NCBI GenBank assembly: GCA_041653875.1
Contig: JBAZEM010000006.1
Coordinates: 46,585 to 110,584 of the forward strand
DNA length: 64,000 nucleotides
Direction: 5' to 3'
Origin: Kiritimatiellia bacterium
GTDB lineage: Bacteria > Verrucomicrobiota > Kiritimatiellia > JAAZAB01
Both the position numbers and the translations under genes were made by a program. Position 1 is the stretch's first letter, and each line of letters begins with the position of its first letter. This document shows, piece by piece, positions 49,056 to 59,119 of the stretch. The notes beneath the pieces are model-generated. The model did not search any database, was not told where the DNA came from, and was given only the letters and a program-made list of their open reading frames with translations.

Positions 49056-50027
49056 ATGAAGACGATAACGAGCGTACTTATGAGCGGCATGATGTGGCTG
49101 GGCGCGGCCGGATTATCGATCGGCGCTGAAACCGGTGAGACGGTCAAGCCGGAAAAGACGCCGATAGTCTATCCGACGGCCATCTTTGCGTTCCAGGAGC
49201 GCGGTTCGGGCGTCAAGGACTATGGCGCCAAGGCGGCGGACATTCTCTTCGCGTCCCTGGCGGCGAATCCGGCCTTGTGCCTGGTGGACCGGGCGGACCT
49301 GCATAAATCGCTCCAGGAGCATGAACTGAACCTTTCCGGGATCGTGACTCCGGATCAGGCCGTGCAGATCGGCAAATTGACCGGTGCCCGGATCCTGGTG
49401 ACCGGCTCCGTGGTGGACGCGGATAAGACCATCTATGTGATCGCCAAGATCATCGGCACGGAGACCAGCCGCGTGTTGGGCGAGTCCGTGAAGGGCAAAT
49501 CGAGCGACGATCTCGCGCCCTTAATCGAGCAATTGGCGAAACAGGTGGCGGACACCATTGTCAAGAAAGCCGATCAATTGGTGGCCAAAGAAGTCAAGTT
49601 GGAAGACCGGATTGCCGCATTGAAAACCAAGTTGGGCGATGCCAAGCGACCGGTGGTTGCGATTAACGTCCAGGAGCGCCATGTCGGCCATATCACCATC
49701 GACCCGGCCGCCGAGACGGAATTGACGTTATTCTGCAAGGAAACGGGCTTTGAAGTTTTGGATAAGTCCGGGGACGCCAAAAAAGCCGACATCAGGCTGG
49801 AAGGCGAAGGGTTCAGCGAGTTTGCCATGCGCCACGGGAACTTGGTCAGCGTCAAGGCGCGCCTGGAGGTCAAGGCCATCGACCGCCAGACCGACAAAGT
49901 GATTGCCACGGACCGCCAGACCGCCGTGGTGGTGGACTTGACCGAAGAGATTGCCGGCAAATCCGCGCTCCAAAAAGCCGCGTCCGAGATCGCCGAACGT
50001 TTGTTGCCCAAGATCGTCAATAAGTGA
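49056..50027 (+). CDS. Secreted protein with CsgG/TolB-N-like alpha/beta domain and coiled coil
   Basis: Signal peptide. Motif ...LVDRADLHKSLQEHELNLSGIV...AVQIGKLTGARILVTGSV resembles the CsgG/LpoB/TolB-N fold signature. Paralogs at 56510 and 63691. Confidence 0.45.
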   Translation: MKTITSVLMSGMMWLGAAGLSIGAETGETVKPEKTPIVYPTAIFAFQERGSGVKDYGAKAADILFASLAANPALCLVDRADLHKSLQEHELNLSGIVTPDQAVQIGKLTGARILVTGSVVDADKTIYVIAKIIGTETSRVLGESVKGKSSDDLAPLIEQLAKQVADTIVKKADQLVAKEVKLEDRIAALKTKLGDAKRPVVAINVQERHVGHITIDPAAETELTLFCKETGFEVLDKSGDAKKADIRLEGEGFSEFAMRHGNLVSVKARLEVKAIDRQTDKVIATDRQTAVVVDLTEEIAGKSALQKAASEIAERLLPKIVNK

Positions 50028-50053
50028 GAAGACAGGGCTGACGGGAGGCATCT

Positions 50054-51946
50054 ATGGCCTATATCTATTTCAAATGCTCGTGCGGCAAATCGCTGGCCAT
50101 CGATGAGCGCGGTGTTGGCCGAATTATCGAGTGCGTCGATTGCGGCAAGCGGGTGACGGTCCCGGAATGGGAATATGCGTTTACCTGTTCGGAGTGCGAC
50201 GCAACGTTTGGCGCCGCTTCCGGCATCGCCGATGATTGCGCGCGGTGCGTTATTTGCGGGGACAAGTTTATCGTTCCCAGGAATAACGCTCCGTCGCAAA
50301 ACGATCTTGAAGGCGCTTCGATCGGCGAACAAACCGATCGTCCCGTAAACGAAGTCAAACTCCCGGCTTCGGGCGCTGCGCCGAATTCTCCGTTGCCGCC
50401 GGCGGCTTCATCCCGGAAATTGGTTTTCCCCGCGATCGACTGGGCGCGCCTTCAAGTCATGCTCTATCGCTTAACGTCCGTGGTTGTCGTGGTATTCATT
50501 GGGGTGACAGGGTTAAGCTGGTTTGTTTCCAAAGTCTTCCAATCGAACGAAGGACTATCCCGTGAAATCGAACGCAGTTCGAAACAAGGCGACGTGGCGG
50601 CGTCCGTTGCCGTTCTGGAGTCGGCCATCAAGCAATACCCGTTGGCGTTCGCCGGCGGGCGCCGCGCCAGGAAGTTGTTGGCGGATAACAAGACGATCGT
50701 TCAGGATACGACCAACTTGTCCGCCGCGCTCGTGCTGGCCAGGAAAGATACGAATGGCGAGTCCGCCGCCGAGCGCCTGGCCAAAGCCATAAAGAAATAT
50801 CGTCGGGCAGCCAACCGCGCCGAAGCCGAAACACTGGAAAAGAATATCCAGGCCCAGCTGAACGATTCGTGGGTGCTTTCCCTGGCGCTGAGAAACGGCC
50901 GGGCGACGGCCGATGTTCCCGCCCGGATCGAATTATTGAAAAAGGCCCTGACGGAGTGTCCTTGCGCCACCAACCGCGCCGACGCGGAAGCGATGATTGC
51001 CGCCGCCGGACAGCAATTACGGGAAACTGCCGGACTTGACCAGGCCATCCAACACGCCCGGAAGGAAGGCGATCCCTCTGAGAACGCCAAACTGCTTGCC
51101 GATGCGCTGGCCAAATATCCCCAAGCGACAAATCGGGAAGCCGCGTTGGGATTGTTGAAAAATTTACAGACGCAGGCAGGTGGGCAAGTCAAGGATCCCC
51201 TCTTGCAGGCGATTGTCAGCGCCAGGGCGCAAGACACCTTTGCCGCCGCCATCCGGGTGCTCACCGAGGCTTTGAAAATCAACAAAGATTCTCCCTATCG
51301 GGTCGAGGCGGAGCAGGTGTTGGCCGTTTATCAGAAACAATCGCTCGAAAGGACGACGGAACAAAAATCGGCCGTGACGGATTACATCGAAGAAGCCACG
51401 GATGCGTTGGCAAGCAGCGGATATGTCTTCCTGCCGCCGAACAAGGCCTTGGCCGGCGCCGGCGGAGTGTTGAGCTTATACGATAGTCCCTTGGCCAATA
51501 AAATTATCGCGATGAATTATGGCGTTGAGGTCAGACTTCGTAAAATCGCGGGCAAAAAAAATAAAGACGGCGCCGGCGGTCCGCCCCCGGCGGATTCCCT
51601 GCATTATGTTCCACGCCTGATTCTTTCGGCGAAAAACGGGGAAATTCCTCGGGGAAATATCGTTGTCATCGAGTATTACCTCGCCGATTATCAGGACAAG
51701 GCCGCCGGGCAAAGAGCGAAGGTCGAGCGCATCACGTTCCCGAAGATATCCAAAGGGCAGGCCCTGGCGGTGGATTGTCGGGGGATTGAGTGCAGTCCGC
51801 CGGTCAAAGGCGCCGCGTCAAAAAAAGAGGCCGGCAATAAATTGTACGGCATCATTGTCAGCGTGTACGGCAAAGGCAGTGAATTGCTCCTGCAGAAATG
51901 TTCAATGGCCAAACTGGTCAAGGAATGCAGTGTGCAGACCTATTGA
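50054..51946 (+). CDS. Zinc-ribbon (two CxxC pairs x2) transmembrane protein with about 45-aa helical repeats (KYPxATNR motif)
   Basis: N-terminus CSCG..CVDCG and CSEC..CVICG. One TM helix. Four repeats containing K(K)YxxA(T/A)NRxEA. Confidence 0.5.
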   Translation: MAYIYFKCSCGKSLAIDERGVGRIIECVDCGKRVTVPEWEYAFTCSECDATFGAASGIADDCARCVICGDKFIVPRNNAPSQNDLEGASIGEQTDRPVNEVKLPASGAAPNSPLPPAASSRKLVFPAIDWARLQVMLYRLTSVVVVVFIGVTGLSWFVSKVFQSNEGLSREIERSSKQGDVAASVAVLESAIKQYPLAFAGGRRARKLLADNKTIVQDTTNLSAALVLARKDTNGESAAERLAKAIKKYRRAANRAEAETLEKNIQAQLNDSWVLSLALRNGRATADVPARIELLKKALTECPCATNRADAEAMIAAAGQQLRETAGLDQAIQHARKEGDPSENAKLLADALAKYPQATNREAALGLLKNLQTQAGGQVKDPLLQAIVSARAQDTFAAAIRVLTEALKINKDSPYRVEAEQVLAVYQKQSLERTTEQKSAVTDYIEEATDALASSGYVFLPPNKALAGAGGVLSLYDSPLANKIIAMNYGVEVRLRKIAGKKNKDGAGGPPPADSLHYVPRLILSAKNGEIPRGNIVVIEYYLADYQDKAAGQRAKVERITFPKISKGQALAVDCRGIECSPPVKGAASKKEAGNKLYGIIVSVYGKGSELLLQKCSMAKLVKECSVQTY

Positions 51947-52014
51947 ACCGGCAAATGAATGGGCCATTCGTTTGTGAAATATGCGGACATTTTGGAATAT
52001 ACGAGGAGACAACG

Positions 52015-55000
52015 ATGAGTAGGCTGATCGTCAGGATGTTATACTCAACGGTTCATCGTTGGAACTGTGCCATGCGCGTCACCTTGCATTTTTCACTCGC
52101 ATTCACTTGGCGGCATTGCGTTGTCCTTGTCTGTATTATGGCCGTTGTGGCGGTTGTCGCCAAGGCCGATACGCACTATGTGTCCCTCGCGGGAACGTCA
52201 GCCTCCCCTTATACGAACTGGGCGGAGGCGGCTAATTCGATCCAGGCGGCCGTGAACGTTGCCGGCGACGGGGACGAAGTTGTGGTGGCTGACGGGGACT
52301 ACATCCTTTCCGAACAAATCGTCATCGCCAAGGGAATCACGGTCCGGAGCGATCTCGGGCGTTCGATGTGTCGGATTGACGGCGACAATGTGTGCCGATG
52401 TATTTGGCTTGCCCACAGTAACGCCGTAGTCAGCGGGTTTACCATTACGCGGGGCTTGGCCGGCCAAGGGGGCCAATCTGACGGCGGTGGGGGGATTTAT
52501 GTTGACCGGGCCGGCACGGTGCGCGACTGCAGCATTGCCGATAATATTTGCTCCAATATCTACGGCGTAATGTGTGGCGGAGGAATATATCTTTCGGGTG
52601 GAGGGACAATCCAAAATTGCCTTGTGTCAGGCAATATAGCCGACAGTAGCGTAGCATCCGAGGGCGGCGGCATTTACATGTCTGGCGGTCTTGTCGAAAA
52701 TTGCCTTGTTATCGGCAATATTAATCGGCCGACAGGTTCGGGATGGGGCGGCGGCATTTATCTTGAAACGGGCATCGCGAATCATTGCACGATCGTGAAT
52801 AACAGCGGCGTATATTCGGGTGGCGGCGTATATCTGAAGTCCGGCGTCGTCGTCAATTCCATCGTTCTTTACAACCAGGCGACAGGATATCAGGAGTGTC
52901 GTATAGTTGGCGGCGGGTCGGTTTCATTCACCTGTTGCACCTGGTATGATGGAATGTCATACGATGCCGGCAATGTGTATAATAAAGACCCGCTTTTTGT
53001 CGATTATACGAACGGCGACTTCCATCTGCAGGAGGGCTCCCCATGCATCGATGCTGGGGCGACAACGGATGTTGTGACGGTGGACTACGAGTATGCGACC
53101 CGTCCTTTGGACGGCAATGTGGACGGGAATTTTCGCGTGGATATGGGCGCATTCGAATACCGTGTGACAGACCTGCGTTGCAGTGTGGCGGTGAACACCA
53201 ACCAGGGCTTCGATCCATTGCCGGTGCGATGCGAGTGCTTTACGGGCGGGACAAATCTCGATGGCCTGTATTACCGGTGGGACTTCGATAACGACGGCCA
53301 TATCGATCTTGCCGGCCCGGATTTGGCGGTGGTGACGAATACCTACACCAATTGGGGCTGGAAGACGATCACGGTGATGGTGAGCAATGTGGCGGGAGAA
53401 GCAGCGTCAGCGGCATTGACGAATGCTGTCAAGGTCGGTCATCCGTTGGTCTATGTCTCCCCCTCCGGCTCGAGTGTGTTTCCTTATACGAACTGGACGA
53501 TGGCCGCAACGAACCTGAATTCGATTGACGATCTGTTGGTGGATGGAACTGAGGTTGTCGTAACGAACGGCCATTATGACCTTTCTCAGGAATTTTCCCT
53601 GAATTTTGCCGTCACTTTAAGGAGCGTGAACGGCTGGAGGCAAACGACCTTGGATGGCAACGATATAACCCGTTGCGTTCGGCTTGCGCACTCTGGCGCC
53701 GTGGTTGACGGATTTACGCTGACCCGCGGTTCCGCTTTAAGTGGCGGCGGCGCCTATCTCAACGGCGGTACGGTGCGGAACTGCTGGATTCACGGCAATC
53801 GCGCTCGCAACGGTGGAATTTCCGGCGGCGGCGGCGTCTGTATGTACGGCGGAAGATTGGCAAACTCTTTGATTACCGGCAACAGTGCGGCCTCAAGTCC
53901 GGTCAACGAAGCCAATACGCGCGGCGGCGGCGTTTGGCTGAATAATGGCGGCATTGTCGAGTTCTGCACTATTATGGCTAATTCCATTTCATCCGGGCGA
54001 GGAGGTGGCGGGTTGTACGGAGGCGGTTCAGCATCCTCCGGGGGCACCCTCTACAATTGCATAATCTGGGGAAACACGGCGCCGACCGGCGCGAACATCG
54101 GTCAATGGAATAACTGCATCGGCGCTTATTACACGTGTTCGACTCTGACAGGTTATATGGCGAGCATGGAGGGGAATATCACAAACAATCCGTGCCTGAG
54201 CGCCGACTGGCATCTTCTGGCCGGGTCGCCGTGCATCAATGCGGGAACGAACCTTTCCACTGCGCCTATGGACATGGAAGGGATATCGAGGGACCTGGCC
54301 GGAAATCCGGACATGGGTTCCTTTGAATACAACGGAACGACCTATCCGCCAATGATTACGGATCATCCTCTGTCGCAGGCCAAAAACCCGGGGTCAACGG
54401 CAACCTTCAGTGTGGCGGTGGTGGGGATCGCGCCGCTGTATTACCAATGGCAGAAAAACGGCGTGAACATTGCATCGGCGAACAGCACGAACTATATGAT
54501 CAATCCGGTAATGGACTGGAGTGCGGGGGGATACCGTTGTCTGGTAAGCAACGCGGCAGGTGTTGTGGAGAGCGCGGTGGCGGTGCTGAACGTGAACGCG
54601 CCGGTGGCGATCGCGACTCAGCCGCAATCGCGCGCGAACAATCCGGGTTCGTCGGCGAGCTTCACTGTGGCGGCGACGGGGACCGCGCCGCTGTGTTACC
54701 AGTGGCAGAAAAACGGCGCGAACATTGAATTGGCGAGCAATACGATCTACATGATCGATTCGGTGGCGGCTGGTGACGCGGGGGCGTACCTTTGCCTGGT
54801 AAGCAACGTAGTCGGGGTGGTGGCAAGCGCGGTGGCGGTGCTGAGCGTAAACGCGCCGGTGGCGATCGCGACTCAGCCGCAATCGCGCGCGAACAATCCG
54901 GGTTCGTCGGCAACCTTCACTGTGGCGGCGACGGGGACCGCGCCGCTGTATTACCAGTGGCAGAAAAACGGCACGAACATCGAATCGGCAAGCAATACGA

Positions 55001-56415
55001 TCTACACGATCGATCCGGTAACGCTCGGCGACGTGGGGACATACCGTTGCCTGATAAGCAACGTGGTCGGTGTTGTGGAGAGCGACGCGGCCCTGTTGGG
55101 CGTAAATAATCCGGTGGCAATCACAACTCAGCCGGAATCGCAAACGATCAATCCGGGCGCATCCGCGAGCTTTACGGTGGTGGCGACGGGGACCGCGCCG
55201 CTGTGTTACCAATGGCAGAAAAATGGAGTGAACATTGGTTCGGCTAACAGTGCGACCTATATGATTGCTTCGGTAACGGATGGTGACGCGGGGGAGTACC
55301 GTTGCATAGTGAGCAACATGGCCGGCTCGGCCACAAGCGCCGTGGCAGTTCTGACCGTGCAAAAGGCGCTGCCGCCTCTTGCCCCCACGGGCGTGTTCGC
55401 CAGTGACGGAGAATACACCGACAAGGTGCGCGTAACCTGGAATGCGGTAGGCGAGGCAACCGGCTACCAGGTCTGGCGGAGTGCAAGCAATAACATCGCG
55501 ATCGCCTCCAACCTGGCAACCACCGCAACGACAACCTACGACGATCTGAACGCCGCCACGATGCCCGGAACTGTTTTTTATTACTGGGTGAGGGCCGTAA
55601 ACGCCGCGGGCGCCGGCGGTTTCAGCACAAACGATCCCGGCTATGTGAGACCCGCCATCGGGCCGACCATCAAGGCCAATGGCACGGTGGGGGATGTCGC
55701 CGTCAATTATCCGGACGCTATGGAAATCACCATCGAAATTAACGAGATCAACAATGAGGGGGCGCCTGCTGATTGGTGGGTTCTTTCGCTGGCCGGATCG
55801 TCCTGGTACTACTTGAATAATGCAGTTGAGTGGACGCCGTTCGATGGCGACCTTTCTAATTGTCATCCGCTGTACCAGGGCGGTTTATTCAATCTGCCGT
55901 CCACGCTGTTGCCGGTGTTGAATATACCCGGCTTGCCGGTTAGTTCATATTCGTTCTGGTTCGCGGTCGATGCGCAGATGGATGGAATTCTGAACGTGGA
56001 TGGGCAGATCCTGGTTGATTCAGTGAATGTCACCATGCTTTCGACGTTGCCCGCGCCCCGTATTAAGGCCAATGGCGCAACTGGTATTGTCAACGTCAAT
56101 TATCCCGATACTGTGTCAATCGCCGTGGATCTGACTGCCAGGGCTTATGCCGGTGTACCTGTCGATTGGTGGGTGCTTCTTTGTGCCGGCTCGTCTTGGT
56201 TTTATATGGATGGCACGGTGGGCTGGACGCAGGCTGGTGTTTTGCGGCCGGTGTACCAGGGTGCTTTGGGCAATCTGCCGGCCGTTGAAGTGTTGAATGT
56301 TCCCGGTTTAGGAATTGGCTCATATACGTTCTATTTTGCTGTCGATCTGCCGATGAATGGGATTCTGGATTTGGAACAGGTTTGGGTAGATTCGGTGACG
56401 GTAAACGTTCGGTAA
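52015..56415 (+). CDS. Giant surface protein: two right-handed beta-helix (pectate-lyase-like) modules, PKD domain, 5 tandem Ig-like domains, FN3-like and C-terminal repeats
   Basis: GGAGAC RBS. NxxGGGIY beta-helix rungs. PKD motif YRWDFDNDGH. Five 83-aa Ig repeats encoded by 249-bp DNA repeats at about 54360-55360. Confidence 0.75.
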   Translation: MSRLIVRMLYSTVHRWNCAMRVTLHFSLAFTWRHCVVLVCIMAVVAVVAKADTHYVSLAGTSASPYTNWAEAANSIQAAVNVAGDGDEVVVADGDYILSEQIVIAKGITVRSDLGRSMCRIDGDNVCRCIWLAHSNAVVSGFTITRGLAGQGGQSDGGGGIYVDRAGTVRDCSIADNICSNIYGVMCGGGIYLSGGGTIQNCLVSGNIADSSVASEGGGIYMSGGLVENCLVIGNINRPTGSGWGGGIYLETGIANHCTIVNNSGVYSGGGVYLKSGVVVNSIVLYNQATGYQECRIVGGGSVSFTCCTWYDGMSYDAGNVYNKDPLFVDYTNGDFHLQEGSPCIDAGATTDVVTVDYEYATRPLDGNVDGNFRVDMGAFEYRVTDLRCSVAVNTNQGFDPLPVRCECFTGGTNLDGLYYRWDFDNDGHIDLAGPDLAVVTNTYTNWGWKTITVMVSNVAGEAASAALTNAVKVGHPLVYVSPSGSSVFPYTNWTMAATNLNSIDDLLVDGTEVVVTNGHYDLSQEFSLNFAVTLRSVNGWRQTTLDGNDITRCVRLAHSGAVVDGFTLTRGSALSGGGAYLNGGTVRNCWIHGNRARNGGISGGGGVCMYGGRLANSLITGNSAASSPVNEANTRGGGVWLNNGGIVEFCTIMANSISSGRGGGGLYGGGSASSGGTLYNCIIWGNTAPTGANIGQWNNCIGAYYTCSTLTGYMASMEGNITNNPCLSADWHLLAGSPCINAGTNLSTAPMDMEGISRDLAGNPDMGSFEYNGTTYPPMITDHPLSQAKNPGSTATFSVAVVGIAPLYYQWQKNGVNIASANSTNYMINPVMDWSAGGYRCLVSNAAGVVESAVAVLNVNAPVAIATQPQSRANNPGSSASFTVAATGTAPLCYQWQKNGANIELASNTIYMIDSVAAGDAGAYLCLVSNVVGVVASAVAVLSVNAPVAIATQPQSRANNPGSSATFTVAATGTAPLYYQWQKNGTNIESASNTIYTIDPVTLGDVGTYRCLISNVVGVVESDAALLGVNNPVAITTQPESQTINPGASASFTVVATGTAPLCYQWQKNGVNIGSANSATYMIASVTDGDAGEYRCIVSNMAGSATSAVAVLTVQKALPPLAPTGVFASDGEYTDKVRVTWNAVGEATGYQVWRSASNNIAIASNLATTATTTYDDLNAATMPGTVFYYWVRAVNAAGAGGFSTNDPGYVRPAIGPTIKANGTVGDVAVNYPDAMEITIEINEINNEGAPADWWVLSLAGSSWYYLNNAVEWTPFDGDLSNCHPLYQGGLFNLPSTLLPVLNIPGLPVSSYSFWFAVDAQMDGILNVDGQILVDSVNVTMLSTLPAPRIKANGATGIVNVNYPDTVSIAVDLTARAYAGVPVDWWVLLCAGSSWFYMDGTVGWTQAGVLRPVYQGALGNLPAVEVLNVPGLGIGSYTFYFAVDLPMNGILDLEQVWVDSVTVNVR

Positions 56416-56509
56416 TTTGGGATGGAATCCTGACAACAAATACAGCAGTTTCGGGGGCGGCAACGTTGACATGGTTGTCCCGGCTCTCTCGCTTGAGTAT
56501 GGATCAATC

Positions 56510-57517
56510 ATGAAGTCTCGAAACCAAAAGCTTTTCGCCCTGTTACTGATCCTTGCCGGAATTGGAATGGGGTATCTATGGCCGGCCGAAGCCGGCGCGG
56601 CGGGGACGGCGCAGATCAGTCTGAGCGGGGCGGTCTATCATGGCAATGAGCCGGATTTGGGGTTGACTGACTTTTGGTTGGCCACTTTGTCGAAACAGGC
56701 AACCATTAAAGTGCTTGAGCGCGCAGATATGCGCGCCATTCTGGGAGAGCTTTCCCTGGCGGGGGTGAGCGACGACTCAGCGCGCCAGGTCCGGTTGGGC
56801 CGATTGCTGGGGGTCGAATATTTTGCATGGATTAAAGCGTCGGACGAACAGGCCCTTTTGGAAGTTGTCGAGGCGGCGACCGGCCGGGGTGTCACGGTCG
56901 TTCCTGTGCGCTTCGCCAAGGGGCATTTCGCCGATATCCTGCCAAAATTAGCGGAGCAAGCGGCTCAGGCGGTTAGCAAGCCACCGCCAGCTCCATCGCA
57001 GGTCGCGCCATCGCTTGCGTTTTCGAACCCCCGCTTTTCCACTTCCAACGAGACTGTGCAAGCGGCGGTGGAAAAAGTCATGGCCGATTTATCGGGCGCC
57101 TGGGCCGGTTCCGGCATTACGATGCTGCCGCGCCGTTTTGCGGCGGATGCGGTACAGGAACGCTGGCGGCAGGAAAAGGGACTGGTGGAAGACACCTCGC
57201 AAGGCCAGGCATTCCTGGGCGCCGATTACATTCTGGGCGTTGCCGTTGACGCCACGAATCGGATCGAATTGATCATGGTCGAAACGGTAACTGGGCGCCG
57301 GCTCGGGAAAAAGGAAATGCCTCTTGAGGTGGCGCGGACGACTGAAGGATTGAAAACCATGAAGGAATGGGGGTTGGACCGATTGAAGCCGCTCATGAAG
57401 ACTCCTTCCATCCTTCCTCCTGCCGCAGTATGCATTAGCCGATCTGGGACCGGAAATCCTCGCTCCTTTAACAAACGGCGACGCGGAAGCCATGCGGCGA
57501 ATAGAGGATCGCGTTAG
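56510..57517 (+). CDS. Secreted CsgG/TolB-N-like domain protein (possibly N-terminal part of a frameshifted fusion with the Sel1 gene)
   Basis: Signal peptide. Motif LERADMRAILGELSLAGV...VRLGRLLGVEYFAWIKAS. The last about 35 aa in this frame look non-proteinaceous, while the +1 frame reads through cleanly into the next ORF. Confidence 0.45.
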   Translation: MKSRNQKLFALLLILAGIGMGYLWPAEAGAAGTAQISLSGAVYHGNEPDLGLTDFWLATLSKQATIKVLERADMRAILGELSLAGVSDDSARQVRLGRLLGVEYFAWIKASDEQALLEVVEAATGRGVTVVPVRFAKGHFADILPKLAEQAAQAVSKPPPAPSQVAPSLAFSNPRFSTSNETVQAAVEKVMADLSGAWAGSGITMLPRRFAADAVQERWRQEKGLVEDTSQGQAFLGADYILGVAVDATNRIELIMVETVTGRRLGKKEMPLEVARTTEGLKTMKEWGLDRLKPLMKTPSILPPAAVCISRSGTGNPRSFNKRRRGSHAANRGSR

Positions 57518-58382
57518 TCTGGCTGCTCAGGAATACAATCGCGTTGCCCTAACCATTGTTCGCGAAGCTAAAATAGCGCTGGGACAGGATATCGGCATTA
57601 TCAAATCCCCCCCGAGAGACCTTTACGAAGACACGGAGAAGGATTGGGTGATGGCTGTGGAAAAAAAGGCTGTGGACGGCGACCTATTCTTTATAGTGAT
57701 CGCGGGGGTGCTTTGTTACAATGGATACGCTAATGTCCCTGTTGATCGACAGAGGGGCATAGCATTGTGGCAAAAGGCCGCAAACTCAAACTGCGGGCTG
57801 GCCAAGTTGCGGATGGGGCAATGCTATGTAAATGGGGAGGTGCTCCCTCATGATTTAAAGAAGGCGGCGGTGTATTTTCGCGAAGCCGGCGAATTGGGAG
57901 TGCCAATTGGGTGGGATAACCTCGGATGTCTTTATAATGGCTGGCAGGGATGGTCTCCACGTGACCTTAATAAAGCCATGGATTACTGGGCAAAGTCCGC
58001 TCAAATGGGTTATGCCAAGTCGCAATTCAATCTCGGTTTTTATTACTGCAATGGAGATGAGGCTTTTCCTGTCAACAAGGAACTGGGGATTCAATGGATG
58101 CGGGCCGCGGCCTCCAATGGGCACACGCGCGCCATATCGTATCTTGCCGACTATGTCGATAAAAAACCTGCCCCAAGAACATTGCCGTCCGTCATTGAGG
58201 ATAAAAGCGCCGAGGTCGTTTCAACCTTCATTGAGTTCGATAAAATCAAGGAAAACGTTGCGGGAACGAAGGTTTCTGCGGTGTGTTTTGTGGATTCCTA
58301 CGATCCAGCTAAACCCGGCGGAAGTAGTACCCCGTCCCAAATGTCGCGGCCGGTCAAAAACGGACGATTTTCGCCGGTTTGA
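57492..58382 (+). CDS. Sel1-like repeat (SLR) protein
   Basis: Repeats of A..W..KAA.QG...AQ..LG..Y..G type (GIALWQKAANSNCGLAKLRMGQCYVNG; AMDYWAKSAQMGYAKSQFNLGFYYCNG). Confidence 0.6.
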   Translation: MRRIEDRVSLAAQEYNRVALTIVREAKIALGQDIGIIKSPPRDLYEDTEKDWVMAVEKKAVDGDLFFIVIAGVLCYNGYANVPVDRQRGIALWQKAANSNCGLAKLRMGQCYVNGEVLPHDLKKAAVYFREAGELGVPIGWDNLGCLYNGWQGWSPRDLNKAMDYWAKSAQMGYAKSQFNLGFYYCNGDEAFPVNKELGIQWMRAAASNGHTRAISYLADYVDKKPAPRTLPSVIEDKSAEVVSTFIEFDKIKENVAGTKVSAVCFVDSYDPAKPGGSSTPSQMSRPVKNGRFSPV

Positions 58383-58384
58383 AA

Positions 58385-58930
58385 ATGGATCAAAAATATG
58401 ATTATGTTGCCGTCAAAGGCGATAACATTTTCACAGGTAGGGCGAACCCTCCGGGTGAGCCGTTCTTCATCAAACGGCTCGGCAGGGACGCCTCGCCCTA
58501 CCATTTCGGCAATCCTATAAGAAAGCCATACCGAGCAAACCAGATAAGAATATCTTTTAAAAAAGGTTCCGAACTATATCCATTTTCAAACCGGCCATTT
58601 CAGGTAGAATTAGAACGGCGTTTGCACCAAATGCTGGACATTTACCTGGCCAGGCTCAGGACGCTCAAGCGCCGGCCGACGGAGACTGCCGGCGTCAATA
58701 CGGTGAACCCCGCAGACGTGAAAATATTCATCGTTGAGGGCCGGGAGGACACGCGCGCCAAAGTGCGGGAATTCGACAACCAATATCAACTGAAAACATA
58801 CGACGGCTCTATCCCGGTCATATATGTTTTTAATTCGGGACGATGGGTTAAAACCTACACCTACAGCCGCGATCCCGGCCCGAATGGCCTGGAGTTGAAG
58901 GCGCTGGTGGAAAGCTTGCTGGCAAAATGA
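58385..58930 (+). CDS. Hypothetical protein
   Basis: ATG at 58385 immediately after the upstream stop. No recognisable motif. Confidence 0.4.
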   Translation: MDQKYDYVAVKGDNIFTGRANPPGEPFFIKRLGRDASPYHFGNPIRKPYRANQIRISFKKGSELYPFSNRPFQVELERRLHQMLDIYLARLRTLKRRPTETAGVNTVNPADVKIFIVEGREDTRAKVREFDNQYQLKTYDGSIPVIYVFNSGRWVKTYTYSRDPGPNGLELKALVESLLAK

Positions 58931-59115
58931 AGCAATGGCTTGTTTATATTGGCATCTTGCTGGTGACAGCGGCGGTCACATATGCCGGTGACGATTCGGC
59001 TATCCGGATTGCCGTACTGGCCGAGGATGTGTCGCCGGAAAGTCGCGCCTTGACCGACCTGCTAACGGCCGACCTCTTCCAAGTCAAATACGTTTTGAAA
59101 ACATTCGGAGATTAA
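58927..59115 (+). CDS. Small secreted hypothetical protein
   Basis: ATGA-coupled. Signal-peptide-like N-terminus. Confidence 0.3.
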   Translation: MKQWLVYIGILLVTAAVTYAGDDSAIRIAVLAEDVSPESRALTDLLTADLFQVKYVLKTFGD

Positions 59116-59119
59116 ATTC

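Noticed and set aside
54394-55866. 490-aa minus-strand ORF with RRGPRRRHSE repeats
   Set aside because: Antisense shadow of the Ig-repeat region of the giant adhesin.
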